From: Candidatus Daviesbacteria bacterium
Lineage (GTDB): Bacteria; Patescibacteriota; Microgenomatia; Daviesbacterales; UBA10151
Reading direction: 5' to 3'
NCBI GenBank assembly: GCA_028687915.1
Contig: JAQTZF010000001.1
Span: 674,634-738,633 of the forward strand
DNA: 64,000 nt
Shown here: positions 1 to 10,011 of the stretch, piece by piece
How positions within the stretch are numbered: position 1 is the first letter of the stretch
How the letters are laid out: each line of letters starts with the position of its first letter
The notes under the pieces: model-generated
Databases searched by the model: none
The model's input: the letters and a program-made list of their open reading frames with translations, nothing else
What the model was told of the DNA's origin: nothing
Translations under genes and position numbers: made by a program

Positions 1-1905
1 AATTCAAAAGAAGAACTTGTTCAGGATTTTAAATCAAATAGAGCAATTAATAATCTGTCTGGAAAAAGAGAAATTACAGTAGTGAATATCCAGAAATTTA
101 AAGACGAAGATGATGTTTTATCTACAAAGGATTACGACATTAATACTCAAAGAATTTATTTCTTGGATGAAGTACATCGAAGTTACAATCCTTCAGGAAG
201 TTTTCTAGCGAATCTAATAAACTCTGACCGAGAGGCAATACTAATAGGTTTGACTGGAACACCACTTATAAATCAAGACAGACGATCAAGAGATATCTTT
301 GGAGATTATATCCATAAGTATTATTACAACTCTTCAATCGCCGACGGATATACTTTGAAGTTAATTCGGGAAGGTATAGAGACAAGCTATAAATTATTGC
401 TTGAGAAAGCTTTAAAAGAAGTGGAAATATTGAGGGGTGATGTCGATAGGCGTCAAGTTTATGCGCATCCAAAATTTGTAGAGCCCATGCTTGAGTATAT
501 TATTCAAGATTTTACACAAAGCAGAATGCGATTTGGAGATAATTCGATTGGAGGTATGGTTGTATGTGATAGTTCAGAACAGGCCGAAGAAATGTACAGA
601 ATATTTAGTAGCAAATACGCCATAAAGAGTGATACAAATGAAACAAAGTTAACAGCTGCACTTATTCTTCATGATATTAATAACAAAGAGATAAGGAAGA
701 AAGAAGTTGAGGATTTTAAAGTAGGGAAAATAGATTTTCTTTTTGTATACAATATGTTACTTACAGGCTTCGACTCTAAAAGACTTAAAAAGCTTTATAT
801 TGCCCGAATTATTAAAGATCATAATTTGTTACAAACACTAACAAGAGTAAATCGTCCCTACAAAGAATTCAGATATGGGTATGTTGTAGATTTTGCTGAC
901 ATTAGAAAAGAATTCGATGTTACAAATAAAGCCTATTTTGAAGAGCTACAACAGGAATTGGGAGATGAATTTAAAACATACTCAAGTCTTTTCAAATCCA
1001 AAGAAGAAATTGAAGAGGAAATACAGGAAATTAAAGATCAACTTTTCCACTTTGATCTGCAAAACGCAGAAATATTCTCACAGCAGATCACTCAAATTGA
1101 AGATCGAAAAAAAGTATTAGAAATTAAAAAAGCTTTAGAGAGTGCCAAAAATTTATACAATATAATTCGATTGTATGGACATTTTGAATTATTGGAGAAG
1201 ATCGATTTCAAAAAGTTAAATGAATTATATAATGAGGCAGACCGACATCTTGAATTATTGAATTTAAAGGATTCCCTAGAAAATAGCGTAGATACCACTA
1301 ATCTCCTGAACGTTGCATTAGAAAATGTATTATTCATGTTCCGTAAAGTTTCGGAGAACGAGTTAGTCATCGCGGACAAACTCAAAGATATTCTACGTAA
1401 AACGAGAGAGGCTTTAGCTAGCAACTTCGACCAAAAAGATCCTGAATTTATTTCTTTGTATGAAGAACTTAAAAGATTATTTGATAAGAAAAATCTTGAT
1501 GAAATTACTCAGGAAGAAATGAATCAAAATATAGATTCATTGCAACAAATCCTTGATAAAGTTACGGAACTTAATAGAAGAAATAATTTATTAAAGGCTA
1601 AGTACGAGAATGATTCTAAATACGCTCGTGTGCATAAGAGAATTTTAGAAAAAAATATTATTTCAAGAAGGGAACAAGATATTTACAGCACCCTTATAGA
1701 TATAAAAAAGCAGGCCGATGAAAAAGTATTGATAAATACAAAGTTATTAAATAATGAGAGCTATTTCGATCAAATGATGACACCAATAGTTATTACTGGA
1801 TTTGAGAATAATAAAATAAGTTTAGACCCTGAATCTGCACAATTTATCAATAATGCAGTAGTTGCTGAATATATAAATGAATTTCATGGAAAAAGAATAT
1901 GGTAA
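1..1905 (+). CDS. hsdR: Type I restriction endonuclease subunit R (5'-truncated by window edge)
   Basis: Frame open from base 1; SF2 motifs DEVHRS, GLTGTP, MLLTGFD, QTLTRVNR; followed by hsdM/hsdS. Confidence 0.93.
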   Translation, partial: NSKEELVQDFKSNRAINNLSGKREITVVNIQKFKDEDDVLSTKDYDINTQRIYFLDEVHRSYNPSGSFLANLINSDREAILIGLTGTPLINQDRRSRDIFGDYIHKYYYNSSIADGYTLKLIREGIETSYKLLLEKALKEVEILRGDVDRRQVYAHPKFVEPMLEYIIQDFTQSRMRFGDNSIGGMVVCDSSEQAEEMYRIFSSKYAIKSDTNETKLTAALILHDINNKEIRKKEVEDFKVGKIDFLFVYNMLLTGFDSKRLKKLYIARIIKDHNLLQTLTRVNRPYKEFRYGYVVDFADIRKEFDVTNKAYFEELQQELGDEFKTYSSLFKSKEEIEEEIQEIKDQLFHFDLQNAEIFSQQITQIEDRKKVLEIKKALESAKNLYNIIRLYGHFELLEKIDFKKLNELYNEADRHLELLNLKDSLENSVDTTNLLNVALENVLFMFRKVSENELVIADKLKDILRKTREALASNFDQKDPEFISLYEELKRLFDKKNLDEITQEEMNQNIDSLQQILDKVTELNRRNNLLKAKYENDSKYARVHKRILEKNIISRREQDIYSTLIDIKKQADEKVLINTKLLNNESYFDQMMTPIVITGFENNKISLDPESAQFINNAVVAEYINEFHGKRIW

Positions 1906-3524
1906 CTCAAGATTTTAAACAACAAACTAAAAATCTCATTGATAATTTGAAAGGGGTTTGTAATTCATATGGATTAGGTAATGACGGAAATGAGTTTAAA
2001 ATAATCACTCAAGTATTTCTATATAAATTCATGAATGATAAATTCAGTTATGAAGTTAAAAGAATCGATAGCAGATTAAGAAATGCTAATAATTGGGAGG
2101 AAGCTATCAGTAATTTTTCAGAAAAGGAATACCAGTTGCTTCTAATGAAGATGAGTCCTGATAGTGCAAAGCTAAAAAAAGAACATTTTTTATCCAATCT
2201 TCATAACAGACAAAATCAGGAAGAATTTGCAAAATTATTCGATGATACCTTAAGGGACATTGCAATATTTAATAATGAAATCTTCTCTGTTAAGACTGGT
2301 ACCGGATCCAAAATCAAGTTATTTGATGAACTTAGTCAATATATTACTGATAGTTCACAAAGAGACAATTTTTGTAGAGCTCTTATAAATCAATTATTAA
2401 ATTTTAGTTTTGAAAATATTTTTAATGAGAAATTCGACTTTTTCTCTACGATCTTTGAATATTTGATAAAGGATTATAACAAGGATGGCGGAGGTAAATA
2501 TGCTGAATATTATACGCCGCATGCAGTATCAAAAATAATGGCATCTATACTAGTAAATAAATCCGTAAGTAACGTAACTTGCTATGATCCTGCTGCAGGT
2601 TCAGGAACGCTTTTAATGAACTTAGCCCATGCTATTGGGGAGAATCGTTGCACACTTTATTCTCAAGATATTTCTCAAAAATCGTCAAGCATGCTACGGC
2701 TTAATTTAATTTTAAATAACTTAGTACATTCAATACAAAATATAATTCAAGGTAATACTCTCACAATCCCTTACCATCGTTCAGGAGATAAATTAATGAA
2801 GTTTGACTATATTGTTTCAAATCCTCCTTTCAAATTAGATTTTACTGAATTCCATGCCTCACTCGATACCAAACAAAATCATGAACGCTTTTTTGCAGGT
2901 ATCCCAAAAATACCTCAAAAAGATATCGACAAAATGGCAATTTACCTTCTATTCATTCAACATATTATTTTTTCCCTCTCGGAAAAAGGCAAAGCAGCAA
3001 TCGTTGTCCCAACAGGATTTTTAACAGCACAAAGTGGAATTGAAATGAAAATAAGACAGAAGTTAATAAACGAAAAAATGCTACGTGGAGTAATCTCGAT
3101 GCCTAGTAATATATTTGCAACTACAGGAACAAATGTTTCAGTTTTATTTATAGACAAGACTAATAAGGATGGAGATATAGTGTTAATGGATGCTTCTAAA
3201 TTAGGTACAACAATAAAAGAAGGTAAAAATCAAAAAACTTTACTCTCACCAGATGAAGAAAATTTAATTACCCAAACTTTTAACGAGCAAGGGGCAAAAG
3301 ATGGTTTTTCAGTTGTTGTGCCTTATAGGAAAATTATTGAGAAAAATTATTCATTTAGCGCTGGCCAATATTTTGAAGTAAAAATCGAATATACAGATAT
3401 AACCCAGAATGAATTTTTAGCTAAAATGAATGAGTTTAACGATAATATCGATAGATTATTTACTAAATCTAAAGAACTTGATATTAAAATTAAAAATCAA
3501 ATTAAAGACTTAAAATATGGTTAG
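1899..3524 (+). CDS. hsdM: Type I R-M N6-adenine methyltransferase subunit M
   Basis: EYYTP, YDPAAGSG (SAM binding), NPPF catalytic motif. Confidence 0.96.
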   Translation: MVTQDFKQQTKNLIDNLKGVCNSYGLGNDGNEFKIITQVFLYKFMNDKFSYEVKRIDSRLRNANNWEEAISNFSEKEYQLLLMKMSPDSAKLKKEHFLSNLHNRQNQEEFAKLFDDTLRDIAIFNNEIFSVKTGTGSKIKLFDELSQYITDSSQRDNFCRALINQLLNFSFENIFNEKFDFFSTIFEYLIKDYNKDGGGKYAEYYTPHAVSKIMASILVNKSVSNVTCYDPAAGSGTLLMNLAHAIGENRCTLYSQDISQKSSSMLRLNLILNNLVHSIQNIIQGNTLTIPYHRSGDKLMKFDYIVSNPPFKLDFTEFHASLDTKQNHERFFAGIPKIPQKDIDKMAIYLLFIQHIIFSLSEKGKAAIVVPTGFLTAQSGIEMKIRQKLINEKMLRGVISMPSNIFATTGTNVSVLFIDKTNKDGDIVLMDASKLGTTIKEGKNQKTLLSPDEENLITQTFNEQGAKDGFSVVVPYRKIIEKNYSFSAGQYFEVKIEYTDITQNEFLAKMNEFNDNIDRLFTKSKELDIKIKNQIKDLKYG

Positions 3525-4764
3525 TAAAACAGTTGTAATAAATGATGTTTGTGATTTTGTGGGAGGTAGTCAGCCTCCTAAGAGTGTTTTTGCAAATGCG
3601 CCCAAAAATGGTTTTATTCGATTGATACAAACTCGTGATTATAAAACTGACAATTATTTAACATTTATTCCACAAGAGTTTGCAAAAAGGAAATGTGAAA
3701 AAGATGACATTATTATTGGAAGATATGGCCCTCCAGTTTTTCAAATTTTTAGGGGTTTAGAGGGAGCGTATAATGTTGCGCTTATGAAAGCCGTTCCTAA
3801 ACCAAATATTCTTAATGATTACCTTTATTATTTATTAAATCAAAAAGCTATTTTTAAATATGTAGATGCTTTATCTAAACGCACCGGAGGACAGACAGGA
3901 GTAGATTTAGATTCGTTGAATCAATATCCAATATTATTGCCTGAGATTAAATACCAGAAGCTAGTAATAGAGGTATTAAAATCTTTAGATGACAAAATTG
4001 AAATTAATAATCAATTAAACGAAAAATTGGAAGAAATGACAAAGTTAATATTCGAATACTGGTTTATGCAATATGATTTCCCTGATTCAAATAATAATCC
4101 TTATAAAAGCTCTGGCGGCGAACTTGTGTGGAATGAAGATTTAGGAAGAAAAATACCAGCCGGATGGGCTGTAGATGTGCTTGGTCCACATATAAAAATT
4201 AATCGGGGAATTTCATACAAAAGTTCCGACTTAAAGGATAAGGGTACTCCCATGATTAACCTAAATTCTTTCCACTTAAATGGCAATTATAAAATCGAGG
4301 GTATAAAATATTTCTCAGGAAATTTAAATATTAATAAAGAAATCAAATCAGGTGATTTAATAGTTGCAACAACCGATGTTACTAGGAACGCTTATATAAT
4401 TGGTAAATCATTTATTCTGCCCGATTTATTTGAAGAAACTGTCGTAGCATCCTGTGATATAGCTCAAGTTGAGGTAGATGAAAAATTAGATAAATTTTAT
4501 TTAGAAATGTTATTTAATTCTGATAATTATCATAGATATATTAAAGGGTTCGCAAGCGGAACATTGGTCCTTCATTTAGATACAAATGGTATTGAATGGT
4601 ATAAATGCGTTATTCCTCCTAAAGGAATACTTGAAAAATTCAATAAACTTAAAACCCAAATCCAAAATAAAAGAGATCTTATATTAAAAGAGAATCTAGT
4701 GCTTTCTAATTTAAGAGATTGGTTACTACCTTTACTTATGACTGGTCAAGTAAGTGTAGGCTGA
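3517..4764 (+). CDS. hsdS: Type I R-M specificity subunit S
   Basis: Two TRDs with conserved spacers (LDDKIEIN..., IPAGW, LRDWLLPLLMTGQV). Confidence 0.94.
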   Translation: MVSKTVVINDVCDFVGGSQPPKSVFANAPKNGFIRLIQTRDYKTDNYLTFIPQEFAKRKCEKDDIIIGRYGPPVFQIFRGLEGAYNVALMKAVPKPNILNDYLYYLLNQKAIFKYVDALSKRTGGQTGVDLDSLNQYPILLPEIKYQKLVIEVLKSLDDKIEINNQLNEKLEEMTKLIFEYWFMQYDFPDSNNNPYKSSGGELVWNEDLGRKIPAGWAVDVLGPHIKINRGISYKSSDLKDKGTPMINLNSFHLNGNYKIEGIKYFSGNLNINKEIKSGDLIVATTDVTRNAYIIGKSFILPDLFEETVVASCDIAQVEVDEKLDKFYLEMLFNSDNYHRYIKGFASGTLVLHLDTNGIEWYKCVIPPKGILEKFNKLKTQIQNKRDLILKENLVLSNLRDWLLPLLMTGQVSVG

Positions 4765-4794
4765 ATAAAAGTTTGAAATGAAAAAGTTATTATT

Positions 4795-7236
4795 CTAAAG
4801 AGCGTTTAGTTTGCTCTCTAGATCAGTCCAATCTTGCGCAGTCGAATATGACCATTTATTTCGATGACTTCTATCTGAAGAAATTATCCAATTAAAGAAC
4901 GTTTGTGAGATTTGAGGACCTTTATCAAGTACTTTTTGCCAATTACTTAACATCCATGTTGCAAGGTTCACTATTAACAGGTCTTCAATTAAAACAATTC
5001 TGCATAGTCTTGGTTTTTTGCTGCTCCTTTTTATTGCAGTCATCACTTTAGCAAATCCATTTATACTATTAAAATTTGAAATAATCGCATAAATTCTCAG
5101 ACTTCCTAGTGATTTTGGCTCATGAGTAGACTTCAACCAATCAATATAACCAAGTTGTTTTGTCAAATCTCTATTAGTTAGCGAATAGTTACCTAACATA
5201 CTAAATTTTGCATCCCATCCAAAAATTCTTTGAATACCAGTATCGCTAAGTTTAAAAGAACAGTAACCATCGGGTACTTTTTTACCTTTAAATTTAGTTC
5301 CTAACCTTACAACGTTTGGAACTAAAGCTTGAAGAATATTCTTAAGGTCAACTTCGAAAATTTCTGCATCATAATTACTCTTAATTTTTAGACTATTTTC
5401 TGAAGCAACTAATCTTTGATTAATCCTTGTTAACATTTTATTTTCCTGGACTGTAAATGCAGTATCAAAGATATCCTTAATAGTTGAGGTAGAACCATCT
5501 GTTGTAAGTTTAAGCTGTGTAATAATTTTTGAAATCTCCAAGCAATCTGCCCCTAGATTTTCAAGCTCATCCTTTTTATTCACCATCTCAGGATCTATTA
5601 AAGCAATTAGACCATATCCTTCAGATGCTAAAGATCGGCAGAAATTTAAATCCCTCTGATTGATTACAGTAACAACATACATAGCAATATTTTTTGTCCG
5701 GTTATGTATCCTGATCACATTTTTCTTGTATTTTTTTCTTTGAATTAACTGTTTTTGTATTTCATAATTTCCGAAGTTAGATTCTAGAATACTTGCAAGT
5801 TGTTCAAGACATTGAGTTTCATTGACTTGTACTGTGATATATTCACCAATAACTATCATCGGGCGACCACATTTAGGACAAGGCCAATCAATCCATGAGG
5901 TTGTACGACAGGTCCAACTTTCACACCTTCTTTTTGCGATTTCTTTAGGCTTTTTAAATAATTCTTGTTTAATTAGATCAATTAGTACTTTTTCAGCCTT
6001 TTCAGGAATTGGTGGATCAGTACTTACCATTTTGTCTCTTAATAATTTATCAACGATAAAATCTACAGTAAGATTTTGAGTTATGAACCATGTTTCTTTA
6101 ATATTTACACCTAAAATCTTAATCAATTCTTCGAGCAATTGAGATTCAATGAAATTTGATTTTCCTTTTGAATCTACATTTAAAGAAAATCTTTTCCATT
6201 TGTCTCCAAAAGGATATATGGATATATTTTGGCCAGCTATTCTGTAGTCTATTGATCTCATATCAGAAATATCTCTATCGACCCACAAGCTTTTAATATT
6301 TGCTACAGCTGCATCGATAGTATGCTCTTCATTACTTGATATTTTTACAGAAGGACTTTCTGGAAGATTGGCACTAATTAAACCCATTGCAGAAAGTTGA
6401 AGGCTACTTTTTTCGCTATTAATTATCAGTAAATCCTCCAACAATTTTTTACCCGCATATTCCACATCACTCCGTGAAGCGTAAACTTGATCTGGTAATA
6501 TTTTTCCTTTAATAAATCCATGCGCGTCACCTATTTCTTTCTTAAAACCAGATATATACCCAATCCTAAGATTAATTGAATCAAAGACTAGGATGGAGAA
6601 CGAAGCAGTCTGGATTTCTTGATTATGACCTTCAGCTCTTACTACATTGGCACCCGCAGGCTTGGTTATTAAATATATATCTAATCCATTAATACTCTCA
6701 TGAAATCTGACTTTTCTTGATTTTTTTAGTTTATAGGCCAGACTTCTACATAAAGCGTCAACTTTATTTCGGATTAATTCAGAGATTTTATCAGCTGTTA
6801 AATCGCTATTAATTTTTAACCAAGTCACAGGGCTTCCACGACTTTTAAAAGTACTATAAGCAAAAAGACTAGTTGGGAATAATGATTTTGTAAAAAAATC
6901 ATCCATTATTTGAAGAAATATATATTTCTCGAGCAATAGACCTTTTAAAGTTGTAGTCATAGCTTCACCAATTATGAGTGGGTTGTTTTGATTTATGAAG
7001 CTCTTGATCAATAAAAGGCGAACATTCCTTTTGGTTACAGGTAATGTTTTAGTTAAATCGATTCCTTGTCCTGTAACAGTTACAATCTTATTAATTTCAT
7101 TTGGAGTGAAGTTTTTGAGAAAAGCTACCAATCTATTCCATTCCTCATGTATTAGGGCAGTATTGCTTTCGATGCTTACCTCAATTTCTATCCACTTTTT
7201 AGATTCCTCAACCCCTAATAGGTTTTGATACTTCAT
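4795..7236 (-). CDS. 813-aa unknown protein with central Zn-ribbon and C-terminal PD-(D/E)xK (FokI-cleavage-like) nuclease; putative defence protein
   Basis: CESWTC...CPKC; VPDGY...WDAKFSMLGNYSL; convergent with the hsd operon. Confidence 0.6.
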   Translation of the reverse strand: MKYQNLLGVEESKKWIEIEVSIESNTALIHEEWNRLVAFLKNFTPNEINKIVTVTGQGIDLTKTLPVTKRNVRLLLIKSFINQNNPLIIGEAMTTTLKGLLLEKYIFLQIMDDFFTKSLFPTSLFAYSTFKSRGSPVTWLKINSDLTADKISELIRNKVDALCRSLAYKLKKSRKVRFHESINGLDIYLITKPAGANVVRAEGHNQEIQTASFSILVFDSINLRIGYISGFKKEIGDAHGFIKGKILPDQVYASRSDVEYAGKKLLEDLLIINSEKSSLQLSAMGLISANLPESPSVKISSNEEHTIDAAVANIKSLWVDRDISDMRSIDYRIAGQNISIYPFGDKWKRFSLNVDSKGKSNFIESQLLEELIKILGVNIKETWFITQNLTVDFIVDKLLRDKMVSTDPPIPEKAEKVLIDLIKQELFKKPKEIAKRRCESWTCRTTSWIDWPCPKCGRPMIVIGEYITVQVNETQCLEQLASILESNFGNYEIQKQLIQRKKYKKNVIRIHNRTKNIAMYVVTVINQRDLNFCRSLASEGYGLIALIDPEMVNKKDELENLGADCLEISKIITQLKLTTDGSTSTIKDIFDTAFTVQENKMLTRINQRLVASENSLKIKSNYDAEIFEVDLKNILQALVPNVVRLGTKFKGKKVPDGYCSFKLSDTGIQRIFGWDAKFSMLGNYSLTNRDLTKQLGYIDWLKSTHEPKSLGSLRIYAIISNFNSINGFAKVMTAIKRSSKKPRLCRIVLIEDLLIVNLATWMLSNWQKVLDKGPQISQTFFNWIISSDRSHRNKWSYSTAQDWTDLESKLNAL

Positions 7237-7363
7237 GATGTTTTAATAAAAGTTTAGATTCACAAACCTTTGAGTGATTATAACACTCATTCCTCTGTAT
7301 TACTGCTCATTTCACATTTTTTTATTTGCTATTAAAGCTAATGCTTAAGTCATATTTAAGATC

Positions 7364-7392
7364 TTGACTTCGGGGAATGTTAGGGTTAAATT
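7364..7392 (+). promoter_or_regulatory. Sigma70-type promoter of the yegP-like transcript
   Basis: TTGACT-17-TAAATT. Confidence 0.6.
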
Positions 7393-7433
7393 TAAATAAG
7401 ATATAAGCAGACAAAATTAGTAATAATTTTGAC

Positions 7434-7812
7434 GTAGCTCTTTGAAAAGCTGGCGAGGATAACCTCCGGCCCTAATATAGTTTGCGATTAGTTTACCTCA
7501 CGCCTCCTCCTAAGGTCATAAAATTATATGGCTTTAGGCGGGGAGCGGTAGAGTAAGCTTCCCAATATAACTATATAAAGAAAGGGGGTGATTGTAATGG
7601 TAAGATTCGAAATTCTTCGTAATCGTACTGGAGAGTTCTGGTGGCGACTTGTCGCTTCAAATAATCAAATTGTTTGTTGGAGCGAAGGTTATACAACCAA
7701 GCAAGGAGCAGTTGACGCAATTAATTGGGTCAAAAGCTGGGCTTCTTCAGCTCCCATTCACGATTTGACTTAATAAGTCAAATCGAACCTCGTCGGCTTT
7801 TTGGGGAGCTGC
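7434..7812 (+). other. Highly structured mRNA: 25-bp 5'-3' helix enclosing the YegP ORF, plus a long leader hairpin
   Basis: 7434-7458 pairs with 7788-7812 (18 Watson-Crick + 7 G-U); stem 7509-7520/7527-7538; hairpin 7761-7785 across the stop codon. Confidence 0.75.
7597..7773 (+). CDS. YegP/DUF1508 (UPF0339) single-domain protein
   Basis: F.WRLVASNNQIVCWSEGYTTKQGA signature; strong SD GGGGGTGA. Confidence 0.85.
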   Translation: MVRFEILRNRTGEFWWRLVASNNQIVCWSEGYTTKQGAVDAINWVKSWASSAPIHDLT

Positions 7813-7872
7813 TTCTACTAACTCTTTCTGGTTTGTCTTGATGATATATCCTATATTAAAGATAATGAATCT

Positions 7873-9447
7873 ATGAAAAACTTATTTAAATGTTTAATTA
7901 AATTTTTTCAACTTCTTTTTAACATTAAGCTTGTTCTAATTGTTTTGCTATTCTGTTTTATTGTGGATTTTATTTCCGAAGCTAAATATTTTAATGGTTT
8001 TAATGAAAATAATTATATCGTTTCATTTATTGTTAACTATTTAATTTGGTATACAGTAGTAGGATTAGCATTTCCAGCTGTAAGATGGTTAAAAGACAAA
8101 GGATGGCATTACTTCATTCTGGTCATGACTAGTATTGTTTTCCTCCTAGTTGCTTTAAATCTACCCAAAAGCCCTCTTATTCTAAAAGAACTTACTAATC
8201 TCGCAATATTACTGTCTCTAGCAGGATTTACTGCTTTAATGATGAAACTAATTTTGAATTTAATTAAGTTGCGTCCTAAACATATTGCCTTATTAATTAA
8301 AAAGTTTGTTTCTTTGTTACTGGAAACTTTACTGGCAATAATTAAGCTACCGCTGTTAATAAGAAGCAAACATTTTTCTAAAGTAGCAATCGTAGTTTTA
8401 GTTTCAGGACTTGCAGTAGCTTTATGGCAAATTGATCAGCTTAGTAATCGCTTAGGCGTTATCGAAAACAGGCTTGGTGGATCTTCCAAAATAGCATGTA
8501 ACGAGAAGGATACAATAGCTAAAGTGCGTCAATCAGTTGTTAGAATTGTTGGTGGAGAATCAGAAGGCTCAGGTTTTGCTATCAAAGAAGGTGGAACAAT
8601 AGTAACTAATTTCCATGTTATAGAATTTGAACCAAGTCCAAAAGTAATATTACCTGATAATACTTTTGAAACTGCCGAGATAATTATGGCAGATAAGAAC
8701 GCTGACTTGGCAATCCTTAAAATTAATAAAAACCTACCTGTATTAAGCTGGGGAAGGTCAGAGTTGCTAGAGCAAACAGAAGAGCTTTTAGCAATTGGCT
8801 ATCCATTTGGCGGACAGTTACTTGGTGATCCGTCTGTTAATAAGGGTATTTTGGCAGGCACTAGATACTCTAAAGATAATGGAATTCAATATATTCAAAC
8901 AGATACTACCTTGAATCCAGGAGTGTCAGGTGGGCCAATGGTAGATATATGCGGTAAAGTGATGGGAATTAATACTGCTGGAACTGCAGGGCTTGGATTA
9001 GCAATTTCCTCGAAATCTTTTAAAGACAAGCAATTTGATATGTTAGTCTCTGATAATCCTCTAAAAGACATCAAGAAAATCACACTAGAACCAAACAAAA
9101 GCGCCTTAGATGCAGTGAATGCTTTTTACAGCTATCTGAAAATGAGAAAGATGCAGGAAGCTTTTGGATTATTATCAGGCAATTTTAAAAAGGGATATGA
9201 TTTTAATTATTGGGAAAAGGGTTATAGCTCATTACTTGATAATACTGCTATCAAGATAACAGAAGACAAAGATACCAAAGATAGGATTAATGTTAAGCTT
9301 GCTACCAAAGAACTTATTAATGAAGAGATAATTTATAAATATTTTGAAGGCTATTGGGATGTAAAGAAATCTGAAGATAAATGGCAGCTTTGGGAAGCGC
9401 ATATTAAAGAAGTAAATAACCCGGAATATTCATGGTTTTATGAATAA
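7873..9447 (+). CDS. Membrane-anchored trypsin-like (S1C/HtrA-like, PDZ-less) serine protease
   Basis: Multi-TM N-terminus; TNFHV, DLAILK, NPGVSGGP catalytic triad motifs. Confidence 0.85.
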   Translation: MKNLFKCLIKFFQLLFNIKLVLIVLLFCFIVDFISEAKYFNGFNENNYIVSFIVNYLIWYTVVGLAFPAVRWLKDKGWHYFILVMTSIVFLLVALNLPKSPLILKELTNLAILLSLAGFTALMMKLILNLIKLRPKHIALLIKKFVSLLLETLLAIIKLPLLIRSKHFSKVAIVVLVSGLAVALWQIDQLSNRLGVIENRLGGSSKIACNEKDTIAKVRQSVVRIVGGESEGSGFAIKEGGTIVTNFHVIEFEPSPKVILPDNTFETAEIIMADKNADLAILKINKNLPVLSWGRSELLEQTEELLAIGYPFGGQLLGDPSVNKGILAGTRYSKDNGIQYIQTDTTLNPGVSGGPMVDICGKVMGINTAGTAGLGLAISSKSFKDKQFDMLVSDNPLKDIKKITLEPNKSALDAVNAFYSYLKMRKMQEAFGLLSGNFKKGYDFNYWEKGYSSLLDNTAIKITEDKDTKDRINVKLATKELINEEIIYKYFEGYWDVKKSEDKWQLWEAHIKEVNNPEYSWFYE

Positions 9448-9474
9448 TTCTAGCAATTGATGTAATATCAAGAT

Positions 9475-9771
9475 ATGACAAACGATTATGAAGAACTGAA
9501 AGAAGCAATTAATAAGCTAGAGAAAAGAGTTGCCCAACTAGAGAATAGCACGAACTCCCGAAGGACTCCTGGACTAGATAAAGATGATTTATTTGATGAA
9601 GCTGTAAAAACTGTCAGTCAATACAATGAAGCTTCCTCCGCTCTCCTCCAACGTCGATTAATGATTGGTTATGCTCGGGCAGCAAGAATTTTAGATGAGT
9701 TAGAAGAGGCTGGAATTGTTGGATCAGGAGAAGGAGCAAAACCAAGAAAAGTTTTAATCTCCAAAGAATAA
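9475..9771 (+). CDS. Stand-alone FtsK gamma (winged-helix) domain with N-terminal coiled coil
   Basis: ASSALLQRRLMIGYARAARILDELEEAGIVG...KPRKVL. Confidence 0.88.
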   Translation: MTNDYEELKEAINKLEKRVAQLENSTNSRRTPGLDKDDLFDEAVKTVSQYNEASSALLQRRLMIGYARAARILDELEEAGIVGSGEGAKPRKVLISKE

Positions 9772-9772
9772 A

Positions 9773-9949
9773 GTGAAAGATAAATTGCTAAGTTATGTAG
9801 CTATTACAGCAATTTTGATTATTAAAAGCCATAAGACGGTCAGAGACTTTTTAAAAGTAAAGCTCGGAATCAATATTAAGTGGATAATTTTAACCATATA
9901 TTTTGCTTGGATTCTGGCAGGCATATTACACAACGCACCCCATACTTAA
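9773..9949 (+). CDS. 58-aa small membrane protein (absent from the supplied ORF track)
   Basis: GTG start 1 nt after the upstream stop; MKDKLLSYVAITAILIIK...WIILTIYFAWILAGILHNAPHT, two hydrophobic segments. Confidence 0.5.
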   Translation: MKDKLLSYVAITAILIIKSHKTVRDFLKVKLGINIKWIILTIYFAWILAGILHNAPHT

Positions 9950-10011
9950 CTTTGGTTAAAGTTTGGAATAATGTAAAAATACGAGTTGAAAAGTTCTAGG
10001 AGTAAATAAAT

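Noticed and set aside
3517-4764. Phase-variable hsdS shufflon
   Set aside because: Single hsdS; no silent TRD copies, flanking inverted repeats or invertase visible
266-6079. Short alternative-frame and antisense ORFs inside hsdR/M/S and the 813-aa gene
   Set aside because: Fully nested in well-supported long genes with no independent signals; the same applies to similar nested ORFs elsewhere
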